From Gekko japonicus (Eukaryota), in the NCBI RefSeq assembly GCF_001447785.1, contig NW_015173766.1, positions 33,324 through 97,323 on the forward strand: a stretch of DNA of 64,000 nt, written 5' to 3'. A program made the position numbers and the translations under genes. Shown here piece by piece: positions 12,763 to 24,872 of the stretch. Numbering within the stretch: position 1 is the first letter of the stretch; each line of letters starts with the position of its first letter. The notes beneath the pieces are model-generated. The model saw only the letters and a list, made by a program, of their open reading frames with translations. It made no database searches and had not been told where the DNA came from.

Positions 12763-13348
12763 CATCATCAGCTACATATTGGCATCACAACAAAACATAG
12801 ATCATCAAGGGATAAAGGGTACAAACTTCATTGCTGGAGTTAAAACATTCCTCTCCTCTTAATGGCACAACATAGACATTTAGCCACCAAATCAGTGATC
12901 TCAGAGTTATGGGAAGATAGTAGAAAAACCGTCTTGCAAACATCAGATTGACCCTTGCGAATTTGTAGCAGAGGTTCTAGATATATGGCACGAATATCAC
13001 AGTAAAATATACAGTGCAGGAGAACATGTTCAGTACTTTCTATCTCCCCCAGACCGCAAGAACAAAGCCTAGAGGAGTATGGCATTTCTTTTAAACCTCC
13101 CGTACAGTACCACAGAGGGAAGAACATTAAAACGAGCTAACATAAATGCCCTCCAATGCTCAGAAATAGTCAAGCTGGAGAAGTACTCAGCCAAAACACC
13201 ATTAGTGGACATCCCCCACCACAAAGGGGAACATCTACCAGAGGCAAGACTTCTAAGTTCTTGCATCTCAATATCAATAAGTCTTTGCTTGATTAAAGCA
13301 AAAACACACCTCTCGGAAAGGTACGCAAGGTCGTCCAAACTGAACCCA
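12763..13348 (-). mobile_element. 5'-truncated non-LTR retrotransposon (RTE-X-like C-terminal CCHC region)
   Basis: Frameshifted translation FMLARFNVLPSVVLYGRF / RLCSCGLGEIESTEHVLLHCIFY; (GAT)n tail; 14-bp TSD attaatcaacacat at 12749-12762 and 13349-13362. Clade assignment is inference. Confidence 0.8.
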
Positions 13349-14859
13349 ATTAATCAACACATTGCAAGATTCATGGGAAAGGAGGAAGCCCTCTATTTTG
13401 GGGCAACCACAGAAAAGGCCCTATTTCATTTAACTACCCAGTCAAACTTCAGAATACTGGGTAATGCAAAGCTGGGTCTCCTGAGCTGGTTAGTTTATGC
13501 TGGAGAATGCATCCATTAGGTGGCCTGGTTCCAATTCATTTGGGGCTTTAAGTGTGAAAAACAGCACTTTTACTTGGGCCCGGAAACTATAGATGACATG
13601 AGAGCAAAGACATAACACGCTCAAACTACTAGCCACAATCAAAAGCTAAGCAGTCACAGCTGGGATGATCTGAAATTTCCGAGAACTCTTCCAATGTAAT
13701 GTAGAGTGGCAAAAGATAACTTTGCCATTATCTTCTTACAGCTTTATAAATATTGTCTATCTAATTTTTCCTCCCTAGAAAACCTTGTATTAGAACATTC
13801 AAGTGTGTGATTTTTTGAATACCCTATCAGAAAGGAAGCATGGCGCATGGGTCACAAACATATACATTGAGATAGTTCACAGCTACTGCCATGCAATGGT
13901 TTGGCATCTGAGTTCTATCCATGTGACTTATGCCATCTGCCCTCCTTCATTTGCCCCAGTTCACTCTGGCACTGTTGTTTTGTGACAAACCATAGTTTGT
14001 CATTTTCTCCAAACCAGCAAACTATGGTTTGTGCTGCCCTCCAAATATGCTTTTAAATCCAGGTTTAGAGGGAAAGCGTAAATCATAGGTGGCCATTTCA
14101 AATAAAATAAGAAATGATGGTTTGCTGTGAAACGTGAGGGAATCAGAGTGGACACTGGAAGGAAGAGCACACAAGTATGATGCACACTCATGTGAACCCA
14201 TATGGCTATCCAGACAAAAGAATTACTTGTGGGCTGTGGAAGTTTACCTTCTCAGTCCTAAGTCTTCAGATTCTCTATGTAAGTCAGTTGACCATGTGCT
14301 GTTTTCTTTGCAACAGAAAACACAATAGTTCAAGGTTCAAACCTCCAGGAACAGTGAAGTTCCACAATCATAGATTGAAAGGACTGCTGGGTTTTAACCT
14401 CAAAAAGTGCCCCTGTACTTTAAAGGCATAGCTGTATATTCACAATGGGAGCATGCAGGGCAGCACTCTTCAGCCTCTGCTGAGCAGCAATCAAGGAGGA
14501 AGCACGGCAGCACAGGAAACAGAAGAATCCCATCTGCATCTTTTGAAAGTCTGCAACAGTGCAGAGGCACCCAGTGGCCTGCTCCAGGGATAAATGGCAA
14601 AGCCAGTGCAATGGAGAGTTGTATCTTGAATTGAATGAAAACCAATTACATTTCTTTTCCTTGCTCCTTCCACCCATCTGTCTACCTATTCATTTACAGA
14701 AATAGCATTCCAGCAGTGTTGGTGGAGAAGCCCTGGTAACGAAGTACAGCAGACAGTGAGGTTGAAGGATGCGGCATAAGTTATTTCTGCACATTTTGGT
14801 AACAGCTAAGTTTTGTGCCCAGACGATTAAAGTGCAAAGCAAAGAATAGACCTGTTTTT

Positions 14860-15078
14860 AAGGACTTCTCCTCTCTTGTTTTGAGTTTATGGTTGTTGTT
14901 TTTAGATTTAATGCACAATATTTTTTTTATTCTTGAAATGTGACGATTGCTATATTTTATCCTTGTAATGTGATGTCTTGTATATTTTAATGATGTCATA
15001 CTTTTTAGCTATTATATCTAAATATGTTTTTATTCTGCTGTATTTTTGAATATGGTCGTTTACCGTAACTAAACTAAC
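14860..15078 (+). mobile_element. AT-rich LINE 3'UTR fragment with (TAAC)-type tail
   Basis: T-rich 3'UTR ending gtaactaaactaact; a variant tail occurs at 18431-18456. Confidence 0.5.
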
Positions 15079-16339
15079 TTGTACAGTGGGCAGTGAGGTT
15101 GAAGGATGGGCCGTAAGTCATTTCTTCATATTTTGTCTAAAGATTTTTTTCATACAACAACCAACGGATATCAATGAAATCACAAGGATTCTTGCAATAA
15201 TGAGTTGCGGCTTTCGTTGCTTATTTCCCCAGTAATACCATTTTTTAAAAATACATGCTTCTGTTTTCCTGCTTATGCTTTCCTCCTTCCACCAGGCCAT
15301 CCACAAATACTGAGCAGGTTGTATTGGGGGGGGGGGGGCTCTAGAAATTATTCACCCAAAAACAGGTGGTGAAGAAGAAGCTGCTATCCTTTTGTATTCA
15401 CATGAAGAGCTCACTTCTCCATCTCTCCCTCAAGAGTTTTCCTTCCTCAAGAGAAAAAAGCATTTGTCCATTTGGAGTTCAGGGCTTTTCCTGCACAGAC
15501 ACAAAGAAAATGTATGCAGTCCCTCTAAAAATCAGTCATGCATGGCTTGCTATCCAATAAACTGAAAATTATGCACCAAAAACAGTTACGGATGATGACC
15601 CAAAACAACTTAAATGGTTTTGGTGTCTATATGGAGTTGTATAAACCAAAAGTCAAAGTGCTAAAAAAATATATTCCGATTTATCTTTGACACTATACCT
15701 ATACAATGCAATGAAAATGAAGTAAGCAATTCAAGAGAAACAAAGCAGGGGGGAATACTCATTGGTTTCTGTGCAAAAGATTTTTAGACTCCATATGGAA
15801 GAAATGTTTATTCCCACCTGCCACTCCCTCCCTTTGTGCAACACATCTGTTTTCATGCTGCTGAAGAGACTGATGGCTCATACCTCACACAGCAGAGCTT
15901 CGCATATACAAACAACATTCTGGTCCATGCCCTGTTATGTCGCTTTGGGAGTGTGTCCATTACCTGCTCAGGCACATGCAGCCCACTAAGAAAGTATTGT
16001 GGCCTGACAGGCATTTATTAACTATAATTATAGACTCAGCCACAACAGCTCCCTTGGTGGCTTGCATTTAAAATAAATAAAAAGAATTCATAATTAAAAC
16101 AATAAAGTACTTGTGGTGGCAGGAGAGAACACTGGGTACCCCACAGGATACAAGATGTTCCATTCTATGCAGTCTTCTAGATCTCTAGCACCTGCTGTTT
16201 CTTTATATACATGGAACATATAAATCCACATTATATCAAGGCACTATGGTTAGTGATTTGTGTCAAACTAGGATGACACCCAGGTTCGAATCTCCACTCA
16301 CCGTCACTGCGTCATTCTCTCTCAACCTAATCTATAGAC

Positions 16340-16500
16340 CAGAAGTGTCAAACTCATTTGTTACAAGGGCCAGATCTGACATAAATGTGACTTTGTCGGG
16401 CTGGGCCATGTGTGCCCTAAAACGTAATGCCGGGTACCAGAGGAATAAACTTTATAAACTTTATAATTGGGCAAACCCAATTAACTATATTATTTTTACT
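16340..16500 (+). mobile_element. hAT/Charlie-like MITE 5' portion
   Basis: Begins cagaagtgtcaaactc...agggcc (CAGGGGTGTCAAAC-type terminus); a related copy starts at 19730. Confidence 0.6.
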
Positions 16501-17756
16501 CAAAATACAAACTGGAGGAGGAGGAGTTGGATTTGTACCCTGCCCTTCAAACACATTGCAAGATTCATGGGAAAGGAGGAAGCCCTCTATTTTGGGGCAA
16601 CCACAGAAAAGGCCCTATTTCATTTAACTACCCAGTCAAACTTCAGAATACTGGGTAATGCAAAGCTGGGTCTCCTGAGCTGGTTAGTTTATGCTGGAGA
16701 ATGCATCCATTAGGTGGCCTGGTTCCAATTCATTTGGGGCTTTAAGTGTGAAAAACAGCACTTTTACTTGGGCCCGGAAACTATAGATGACATGAGAGCA
16801 AAGACATAACACGCTCAAACTACTAGCCACAATCAAAAGCTAAGCAGTCACAGCTGGGATGATCTGAAATTTCCGAGAACTCTTCCAATGTAATGTAGAG
16901 TGGCAAAAGATAACTTTGCCATTATCTTCTTACAGCTTTATAAATATTGTCTATCTAATTTTTCCTCCCTAGAAAACATTGTATTAGAACATTCAAGTGT
17001 GTGATTTTTTGAATACCCTATCAGAAAGGAAGCATGGCGCATGGGTCACAAACATATACATTGAGATAGTTCACAGCTACTGCCATGCAATGGTTTGGCA
17101 TCTGAGTTCTATCCATGTGACTTATGCCATCTGCCCTCCTTCATTTGCCCCAGTTCACTCTGGCACTGTTGTTTTGTGACAAACCATAGTTTGTCATTTT
17201 CTCCAAACCAGCAAACTATGGTTTGTGCTGCCCTCCAAATATGCTTTTAAATCCAGGTTTAGAGGGAAAGTGTAAATCATAGGTGGCCATTTCAAATAAA
17301 ATAAGAAATGATGGTTTGCTGTGAAACGTGAGGGAATCAGAGTGGACACTGGAAGGAAGAGCGCACAAGTATGATGCACACTCATGTGAACCCATATGGC
17401 TATCCAGACAAAAGAATTACTTGGGGGCTGTGGAAGTTTACCTTCTCAGTCCTAAATCTTCAGATTCTCTATGTAAGTCAGTTGACCATGTGCTGTTTTC
17501 TTTGCAACAGAAAACACAATAGTTCAAGGTTCAAACCTCCAGGAACAGTGAAGTTCCACAATCATAGATTGAAAGGACTGCTGGGTTTTAACCTCAAAAA
17601 CTGCCCCTGTACTTTAAAGGCATAGCTGTATATTCACAATGGGAGCATGCAGGGCAGCACTCTTCAGCCTCTGCTGAGCAGCAATCAAGGAGGAAGCACG
17701 GCAGCACAGGAAACAGAAGAATCCCGTCTGCATCTTTTGAAAGTCTGCAACAGTGC

Positions 17757-18113
17757 AGAGGCACCCAGTGGCCTGCTCCAGGGATAAATGGCAAAGCCAG
17801 TGCAATGGAGAGTTGTATCTTGAATTGAATGAAAACCAATTACATTTCTTTTCCTTGCTCCTTCCACCCATCTGTCTACCTATTCATTTACAGAAATAGC
17901 ATTCCAGCAGTGTTGGTGGAGAAGCCCTGGTAACTAGAGGCACCCAGTGGCCTGCTCCAGGGATAAATGGCAAAGCCAGTGCAATGGAGAGTTGTATCTT
18001 GAATTGAATGAAAACCAATTACATTTCTTTTCCTTGCTTCTTCCACCCATATGTCTACCTATTCATTTACAGAAATAGCATTCCAGCAGTGTTGGTGGAG
18101 AAGCCCTGGTAAC
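17757..18113 (+). repeat. 179-bp tandem duplication within unit 2
   Basis: 17757-17934 repeated at 17936-18113 with 2 mismatches and one spacer base; single copy in unit 1. Confidence 0.93.
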
Positions 18114-18504
18114 GAAGTACAGCAGACAGTGAGGTTGAAGGATGCGGCATAAGTTATTTCTGCACATTTTGGTAACAGCTAAGTTTTGTGCCCAGACGAT
18201 TAAAGTGCAAAGCAAAGAATAGACCTGTTTTTAAGGACTTCTCCTCTCTTGTTTTGAGTTTATGGTTGTTGTTTTTAGATTTAATGCACAATATTTTTTT
18301 TATTCTTGAAATGTGACGATTGCTATATTTTATCCTTGTAATGTGATGTCTTGTATATTTTAATGATGTCATACTTTTTAGCTATTGTATCTAAATATGT
18401 TTTTATTCTGCTGTATTTTTGAATATGGTCATTGACTGTAAATACATTAACTAACTAGCATCACCTGCAACAGATGGCTAGCAGAGCTCTGGCCTAATTC
18501 ATTT

Positions 18505-18672
18505 AGATTTGAGTCCAGTATTCCCTTAGGGACCATGAAGTGTTTTGGGATATAAGCTTTTGGGAGCCAAAGCTCCTGAACGCTTACACCCTGAAAGTCT
18601 TGCAGTCTATACGGTGCTACCGGACTAAAAAATCTAACCGTTTTATTGTAGACTGGCACGGCTACACTCTGA
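18505..18672. mobile_element. Penelope-like terminal fragments in inverted arrangement
   Basis: gagtccagta...taagcttt on one side and ggtgctaccggact...gactggcacggctac on the other, resembling 34071-34200. Confidence 0.5.
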
Positions 18673-18988
18673 AACTCCCCTAATTCGCCTTTCTGTTTGT
18701 GGTGAAACCAGAGCTGCCTCAATACCTGAGGCACAGCTTAGGTCAGGGTCATTTCAGGTATGCTCAGATGGTGTTTCTGCTACTTGCCGAGACAAATAAT
18801 TCTACATGAACTCTACTCTGGTCCAGATTCAGCTTGTTTAAAAAGAGAAATCTCCAAACACAAAAGAAAACCCACTGAATTCCTCCTGATTTGCTCCCGC
18901 CCACCGCGGACCCTCCCCCATGCTGTTCCCCAAAGGTCCACCAACCTCCAGGACTGGGACTCGGGGGGGGGGGGGGGGGGGGGGGCAG

Positions 18989-19583
18989 NNNNNNNNNNNN
19001 NNNNNNNNNNNNNNNNNNNNNNNNNNNNNNNNNNNNNNNNNNNNNNNNNNNNNNNNNNNNNNNNNNNNNNNNNNNNNNNNNNNNNNNNNNNNNNNNNNNN
19101 NNNNNNNNNNNNNNNNNNNNNNNNNNNNNNNNNNNNNNNNNNNNNNNNNNNNNNNNNNNNNNNNNNNNNNNNNNNNNNNNNNNNNNNNNNNNNNNNNNNN
19201 NNNNNNNNNNNNNNNNNNNNNNNNNNNNNNNNNNNNNNNNNNNNNNNNNNNNNNNNNNNNNNNNNNNNNNNNNNNNNNNNNNNNNNNNNNNNNNNNNNNN
19301 NNNNNNNNNNNNNNNNNNNNNNNNNNNNNNNNNNNNNNNNNNNNNNNNNNNNNNNNNNNNNNNNNNNNNNNNNNNNNNNNNNNNNNNNNNNNNNNNNNNN
19401 NNNNNNNNNNNNNNNNNNNNNNNNNNNNNNNNNNNNNNNNNNNNNNNNNNNNNNNNNNNNNNNNNNNNNNNNNNNNNNNNNNNNNNNNNNNNNNNNNNNN
19501 NNNNNNNNNNNNNNNNNNNNNNNNNNNNNNNNNNNNNNNNNNNNNNNNNNNNNNNNNNNNNNNNNNNNNNNNNNNNNNNNNNN
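18989..19583. other. Assembly gap (595 N) after a 23-base G run
   Basis: Direct reading. Confidence 1.
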
Positions 19584-19729
19584 CACAACAGTTCTCTGCA
19601 TGCTTCAGCAGATGCTATATATTCAGACTCAGTGGAAGACAAAGTTACTGTAGTTTGCTTTCTACTGGCCCAGGAGATTGGTCCACCTCCATACAGGAAT
19701 AAGTACCCACATGTGGATTTATAGTCTAC
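19584..19729 (-). mobile_element. Ty1/copia LTR retrotransposon RNase H fragment
   Basis: DYKSTCGYLFLYGGGPISWASRKQTTVTLSSTESEYIASAEACRELL matches the copia RNase H motif KSTSGY..ISW.SKKQ..VALSSTEAEY. Confidence 0.9.
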
Positions 19730-19899
19730 CAGAGGTGTCAAACTTATTTGTTATGAGGGCCGGGGTCTGACATAAATGTGACTTTGTCGGGCTGGGCCAT
19801 GTGTGCCCTAAAACGTAATGCCGGGTACCAGAGGAATAAACTTTATAAAGGACACAGGCAAACCCAATTAACTATATTATTTTTACTCAAAATACAAAC

Positions 19900-20169
19900 T
19901 GGAGGAGGAGGAGTTGGATTTGTACCCTGCCCTTCACTTGGAGTCTCAGAGCAGCTTACAATCTTCTTCCCTTCCTCTTCCCACAACAGACACCCTGTGA
20001 GGTAGGTGGGGCTGAGAGAGCTCTGAGACAACTGCTTTTGATAGAAGAGCTCTGAGAGAACTGTGACTGACCCAACGTCACCCAGCTGACTTCATGTAGA
20101 GGAGTGGGGAATCAAACCTGGTTCTCCAGATTAGAGTCTGCTGCTCTTAACCACTACACCAAACTGGCT
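19900..20169 (-). mobile_element. Squam3-like SINE
   Basis: Full-length; gccagtttggtgtagtggttaag head on the minus strand, (TCC)n tail. Confidence 0.9.
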
Positions 20170-20435
20170 CTTATGGTATTAACACTCTTACAGTATTTCC
20201 TTAAACTATCTCCCTGATGCCCACCCTCCAACTTCTAACGCCCATTACTCATCACTTCTAACGCCCATTACTCATTAGCACTGGGGCAGTATACAGGGAC
20301 ATAATGTACAACCTCTGTCATCTCACAATAAAGGTAATGACCAGTTGCTTGAGGCTGGATTAAGAGCCCTGGATGGGTCAGTTCTTGCGCCTGGGCCATA
20401 TGTTTGACACCCATGCTATAGATGCTTTAAGCTGC

Positions 20436-21064
20436 TGTCGGGAGGTGGCACTCATGCCCTCAACCCCGAAGGATCCCAGAAAGGAAACTAGACAAAACAA
20501 CCTCTCCGTCGCGAGCGGAGGCAGATCAGGAACTGACCGAGAGTCTTTCTCCAAGCAAAGGAGCGAAACAGAACAAGATACAACACGACCCGTCAGAGGA
20601 TCCCCAGCAAACCAAGAAGCCAAAATGGGATGGATCCAGCTGTGGCCATTATGAGGGGGAGAACGGGATAGAGCAGGCTGGAATCCCGGAAGAGGTTGAT
20701 TGGCCGGCTGCTATAGGGTGGAGCGGGAGGTAGTGAGGAATAAAAAGGAGGGCGTGATTCACTCCCGGGGATGTAATGGTAGGAGTGAAGGTGGAACAAG
20801 GAAGGAAGCTGTGACGTGATGAGGCGAAAGGTCTGGGTTCTAGGTGGTCTCTGAGAGAGAGAAAGACCCCTATAGGAACAACGGTGAGACCACAGAGACT
20901 CATCCTAACACTTACCCTAACCTTTGCTCCTAACCGGGAAGTCGTTGTGAAGAAGCGACGACTCTACCCACAACTGAGGGAGTGTTACGTCCAGCCTCGA
21001 AATTCTGACCTACAACATCGCTCTCTACCCTACCCAACGACGCGGTGAGAGTGCCTTCATGACA
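20436..21064. mobile_element. Solo LTR, CpG-rich, 629 bp
   Basis: Termini TGTC...GACA with perfect 5-bp TSD gctgc (20431-20435, 21065-21069). Confidence 0.85.
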
Positions 21065-21135
21065 GCTGCTTTGGGTCCTCATTGGGGAGAACAGTCCAGT
21101 ACTGCCTCCTCTGATGGAGCAGCAGCTCTCCAGGG

Positions 21136-21402
21136 TAAGGTTACCAGTTTGCCCACCTGTGGCAAGCAACCTCCCACCCCCATGTTCTATCCCACACACT
21201 TGCTTGATGGAGCAGTGGGAGAAACAAAAGGAGGGGTCCTTTCCATTAAAAAAAATGGAGATTCCTAGTGCACTATGTATGCTGCAATGTGATTTCTGGG
21301 AGCTCACCCAGAAGTGATGTCATGGCATCAGCGATGCTCCCCCTCCCCAGGCTCTCCCCCTGAATTCTCCCAAGAGTTGCCAGTGTAGGGCTGGCAACCC
21401 TA
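21136..21402 (+). mobile_element. TAGGGTTGCC-type hAT MITE variant
   Basis: taaggttaccag / ctggcaacccta; TSD ctccaggg / ttctaggg (two C>T differences). Confidence 0.75.
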
Positions 21403-22639
21403 TTCTAGGGTCTTAGGGCTTTTCAACACCAGGTACCAAGATCCTTCAACAACAGATGCCAGAGGTTTTCTGCATAGAAAAATGGAGGGGGGGTGCTCTA
21501 CCTCTGAGACATTGCTTTTCCTTCTTCACAGGATCCATGCAAAAGTCAGGAGAAAGATCTTTCCCTTTAGAAAAACGGTGTAGACCAGAACACTGAATGC
21601 CAGTCTTCCATAGGAAAGGGAGCACCTCCTAACATAGTCCCAAATGACAGTGTGGCCCTGTCTATTTTTAGCAGCAGAAGCCCTGGGGTACATATGATGT
21701 TCAGCCCTTCTTCCCGAGAGCTTCTAGCAAGGCAAGTGTTTATCTTCCCCACAGACCATACACCATGTCCCTGGTGCTACCTCACAGCTTGAAACCCCCT
21801 CCCCCTCTATAAAGTCCAAGGCAGGAAGTGGGGGGGGGGAAGGGCTATACCAATTTCCTTTTGGGTCACCATACACAGCTGGTGGTCTTTGTTCAGTGGG
21901 TTAGGTCACAAAGTGTGCTGTCTTGACCTATTATTCCTCATTTTGTGTAGAGGCAAGCTGAATATTACTGATGTGAAATGAAGGTGAGATTTTATCTAGA
22001 AGTATAGATTTGTACACACTCCTAATTAGAGCCTGAGTACCAACTTGCTCATTTGACATTGGGCAAAACTACTAATTTTGTCCTGCTAATCCCCCAAAGA
22101 AGCAGTTCAGTAAGGTTCACTGAAAAGATTTTTAAGACTTCAAAGGATCCTTAACAAACCTGGGCTGAATTCCAAGTCTGTAATAAAAGCCAAAGCCAGA
22201 TTATTTTTCACATAGTTGCAGGTTTCATACTAAGAGTTTCATAAAGCTATAGAGCACCAACTTCTTAGAGAAGGCAAAGTACAAATTACAAAATTGCCAA
22301 CCTATTATGTACATAATTTTAATCCACAACCCTTTATAATAGAAAGCAAAGAACATTGATCCAAGTGCATCAGCTCTGAGCATTTGTTTTAATAGCTTAC
22401 TGAGTTCATAGGAACATTTACTTTTGCCCCAAGACTTAAAAACAGTTTTTGTAATATTCCAATATATTTTGCCAGAATTTGATAAATAGGTATAAATGGG
22501 AAGGTGAAATAAGTATAAATTGGGCAGCTAGCCAGTTCCTGCTGTATTCTTCTGCAAAGAGACAGATGTGATGACCTGGTTAGGCCATGGAACCTACACA
22601 ATATTAACAGAGAAACTGTGCATAAGTACATGTTACAGT

Positions 22640-23496
22640 TAGGGGTGTGCATTCAGCATAAGCCAAACTGAGTATATATCCGAAAAATACCTTCATGGTA
22701 TTTTTCGGGTATTTATTAAGCGAAATCAGATTCTCTAATCTGATTCAGCTACTAATAAAGTGATCCCGAATAAAAGCTGATCTCATTTGGCTTTTATTCA
22801 GAGTCCCTGATCGGTTTTCTCTTTCCCAGGTGGGCCAGCTGGAAAAGGGGATGGAGAGTGGGTCAGTTTCAGTTCCTTCTGCTTTCTAGGGAAGGGGACT
22901 GAAGCTGACCATTGCCTTCCCTCCCCGAGCTGCCCCAACTTGGGGAGGGAAGGCAAGGCATCCCTCACCAATCTGTCTTCCCAGCTCTGGAGCCAGGGAG
23001 AGCAAAACTGAGGGGTTGAATGCCTCCCTCCTGCTGCATGGATCCTTTTAAATGGGAGGAAGTCATTAAACCCCTCCATTTGGCTTCCCCCCCCCAAGGA
23101 GTGGGAAGCTAAATGGAGGGATAATGGCATTTTAAGCCTTTTCCCTCCCCTCTCTGAGGCATGCTGCCTCTGTGGGCACAACTCCAGGAAGGAAGGAATT
23201 CAAACTTCTTGAGTTGCTCCACAGTGGCGACATGCTTCAGCACAGAAAGGAAGGTATTTAAAGTGACATACCTTCCCTTCCCTCGCTGAGGCATGCTGAG
23301 GCTGCCGCTGCAGTGCAACTTGGGGAAAAAATGGGCTATGGAGCCGAATAATTTCAGCAATACCAATTTCCCTCGAATCCCAATATCATACCGGTACTGG
23401 GATTCGGGAATACCAGTATATACTGATATTTTTCAGGTTTAGTATTTCTGAACCCAGAAAATACTGATTTTTTGTGTGTTTGTGTGCACACCCCTA
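22640..23496. mobile_element. Non-autonomous hAT element (TAGGGGTGTGCA termini), 857 bp
   Basis: TIR taggggtgtgca / tgcacaccccta; perfect 8-bp TSD gttacagt; CCGAA/TTCGG-type subterminal motifs. Confidence 0.92.
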
Positions 23497-23559
23497 GTTA
23501 CAGTTTAAAAAGGGGCCTTTAGGGTTTGTTCACATGGACACATGAAGCTGCTTCTGCTG

Positions 23560-23758
23560 AAGCTCCCTTATATTGAATCAGGATTTTGGTTCATCAAGAT
23601 CAGTATTCTTTACTCAGTTTGGAAGTAGCTCTCCAGAGTCTCAGGTAGAGGTCTTTCACATCACCTACTAATGGATTGTTTTAACTGGGGATAGAACCTG
23701 GAATACATAGAGAGTATGCATGCCAAGCAGATGCTCTATCACTGAGCATGGCTCCTCC
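23560..23758 (-). mobile_element. Squam2-like tRNA-derived SINE
   Basis: Minus strand head gctcagtgatagagcatctgcttggcatgca..., body gtgaaagacctc, CR1-type tail ctgattcaatataaggg; similar degraded copies at 8258-8398, 24113-24290 and 48145-48298. Confidence 0.7.
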
Positions 23759-24872
23759 CCCTTATGTAATTCTTCCTGTCTTCCAAACCATAGTTCCTGA
23801 CAGTGTCTTTTTTTAAAAAAAAATTCTATGGGTTAGTGAATAAAGTTCTGGAAAAGAAATAAAGGAAACATCAGTTTAAGATATGAAGTCCCTGACAAAA
23901 CCATCCATACAGCATCCATTGAGATGCTGCATTGCTCCAACTGCTTTCTCCCTTTCCACTACTTCTTAAACACCATCACAATTGCCTGGCAACTGCATGG
24001 CAAACAAACCCAACTTCTCAATTATATCTAGATATAAGAGATAGATAATAGATGAGAAGAAATACAATGGAATGACCTTAACTGAGAACAGATGTGTTCA
24101 GAATAGGAGAGCTTTCTGACAGTGAGTCAGACTAGCTACCTTAGAATTGTGTATGCTGTCTGGCAGTAGATCTCCAAGGTTCCAGGCAGAGAAAACTCTC
24201 TCCCGGTTCCTGCCTCCTTAGCTTCTTTAACTGGAGATGACAGGGCACGAACCTTGAACTTGTGCTCTACCTCTGAGCCACAGCCCCATCCCAAGCAGAA
24301 TCAGACTCTATCCAAAGCAGCACTTGCAGCAGCATTTGTCTCTAAATCCAAGAGGTGATTTTCCTCTTACAATGCAAACAAAACTAAGTTGAAAAGTATT
24401 GCAGGAAGCACAGAAATAGCATTCCAGCCCACTATCTAGTCTATACCAGAAAACATTAAAAAAACAACAACACACAGCTCTGCAACAATAGCCTCCTTAA
24501 AAAAAAATGTGTGTGTAAATAGATGATTGTAGAGCGTTACTGGCTGGGATACCTGTAAAGAAGAGAGAGATTTTCTCTAAAATTATCACAGCAGGGGGAA
24601 CATTTCTTCTGAATTTTCCACAACATGTAACAAAGAAAAATAAACACTTCTATGAGGAAGAACAAGGAATTGCCCTGGCTGTTTTGAAAAGATAACTTTT
24701 GACCTACTTAAATCTGCAGAATACTACTGCTTAGTATTTATGTATTGCTTTGCCTAAGTGTTCAGACTTCAGAGCATTTCACATATATTGCCCCAATCAG
24801 TATTACAATGACTTTGAAAAGGCCAGTATGCATTATTGCAATACTGCAGGTGGGGCAGGAAGCTGTAGCCAA

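Larger units (their letters stand above)
13356..19936 (+). repeat. Tandem duplication, unit ~3194 bp (unit 1 13356-16549; unit 2 16550-19936)
   Basis: 13356-15057 matches 16550-18430 with about 8 substitutions seen by eye plus a 179-bp insertion; 16375-16549 matches 19766-19936; identical ORFs in the track are offset by 3194 and then 3373. Confidence 0.93.

Noticed and set aside
18760-19741. Long ORFs spanning the first gap
   Set aside because: They are open only because Ns contain no stops; just the copia segment is meaningful.
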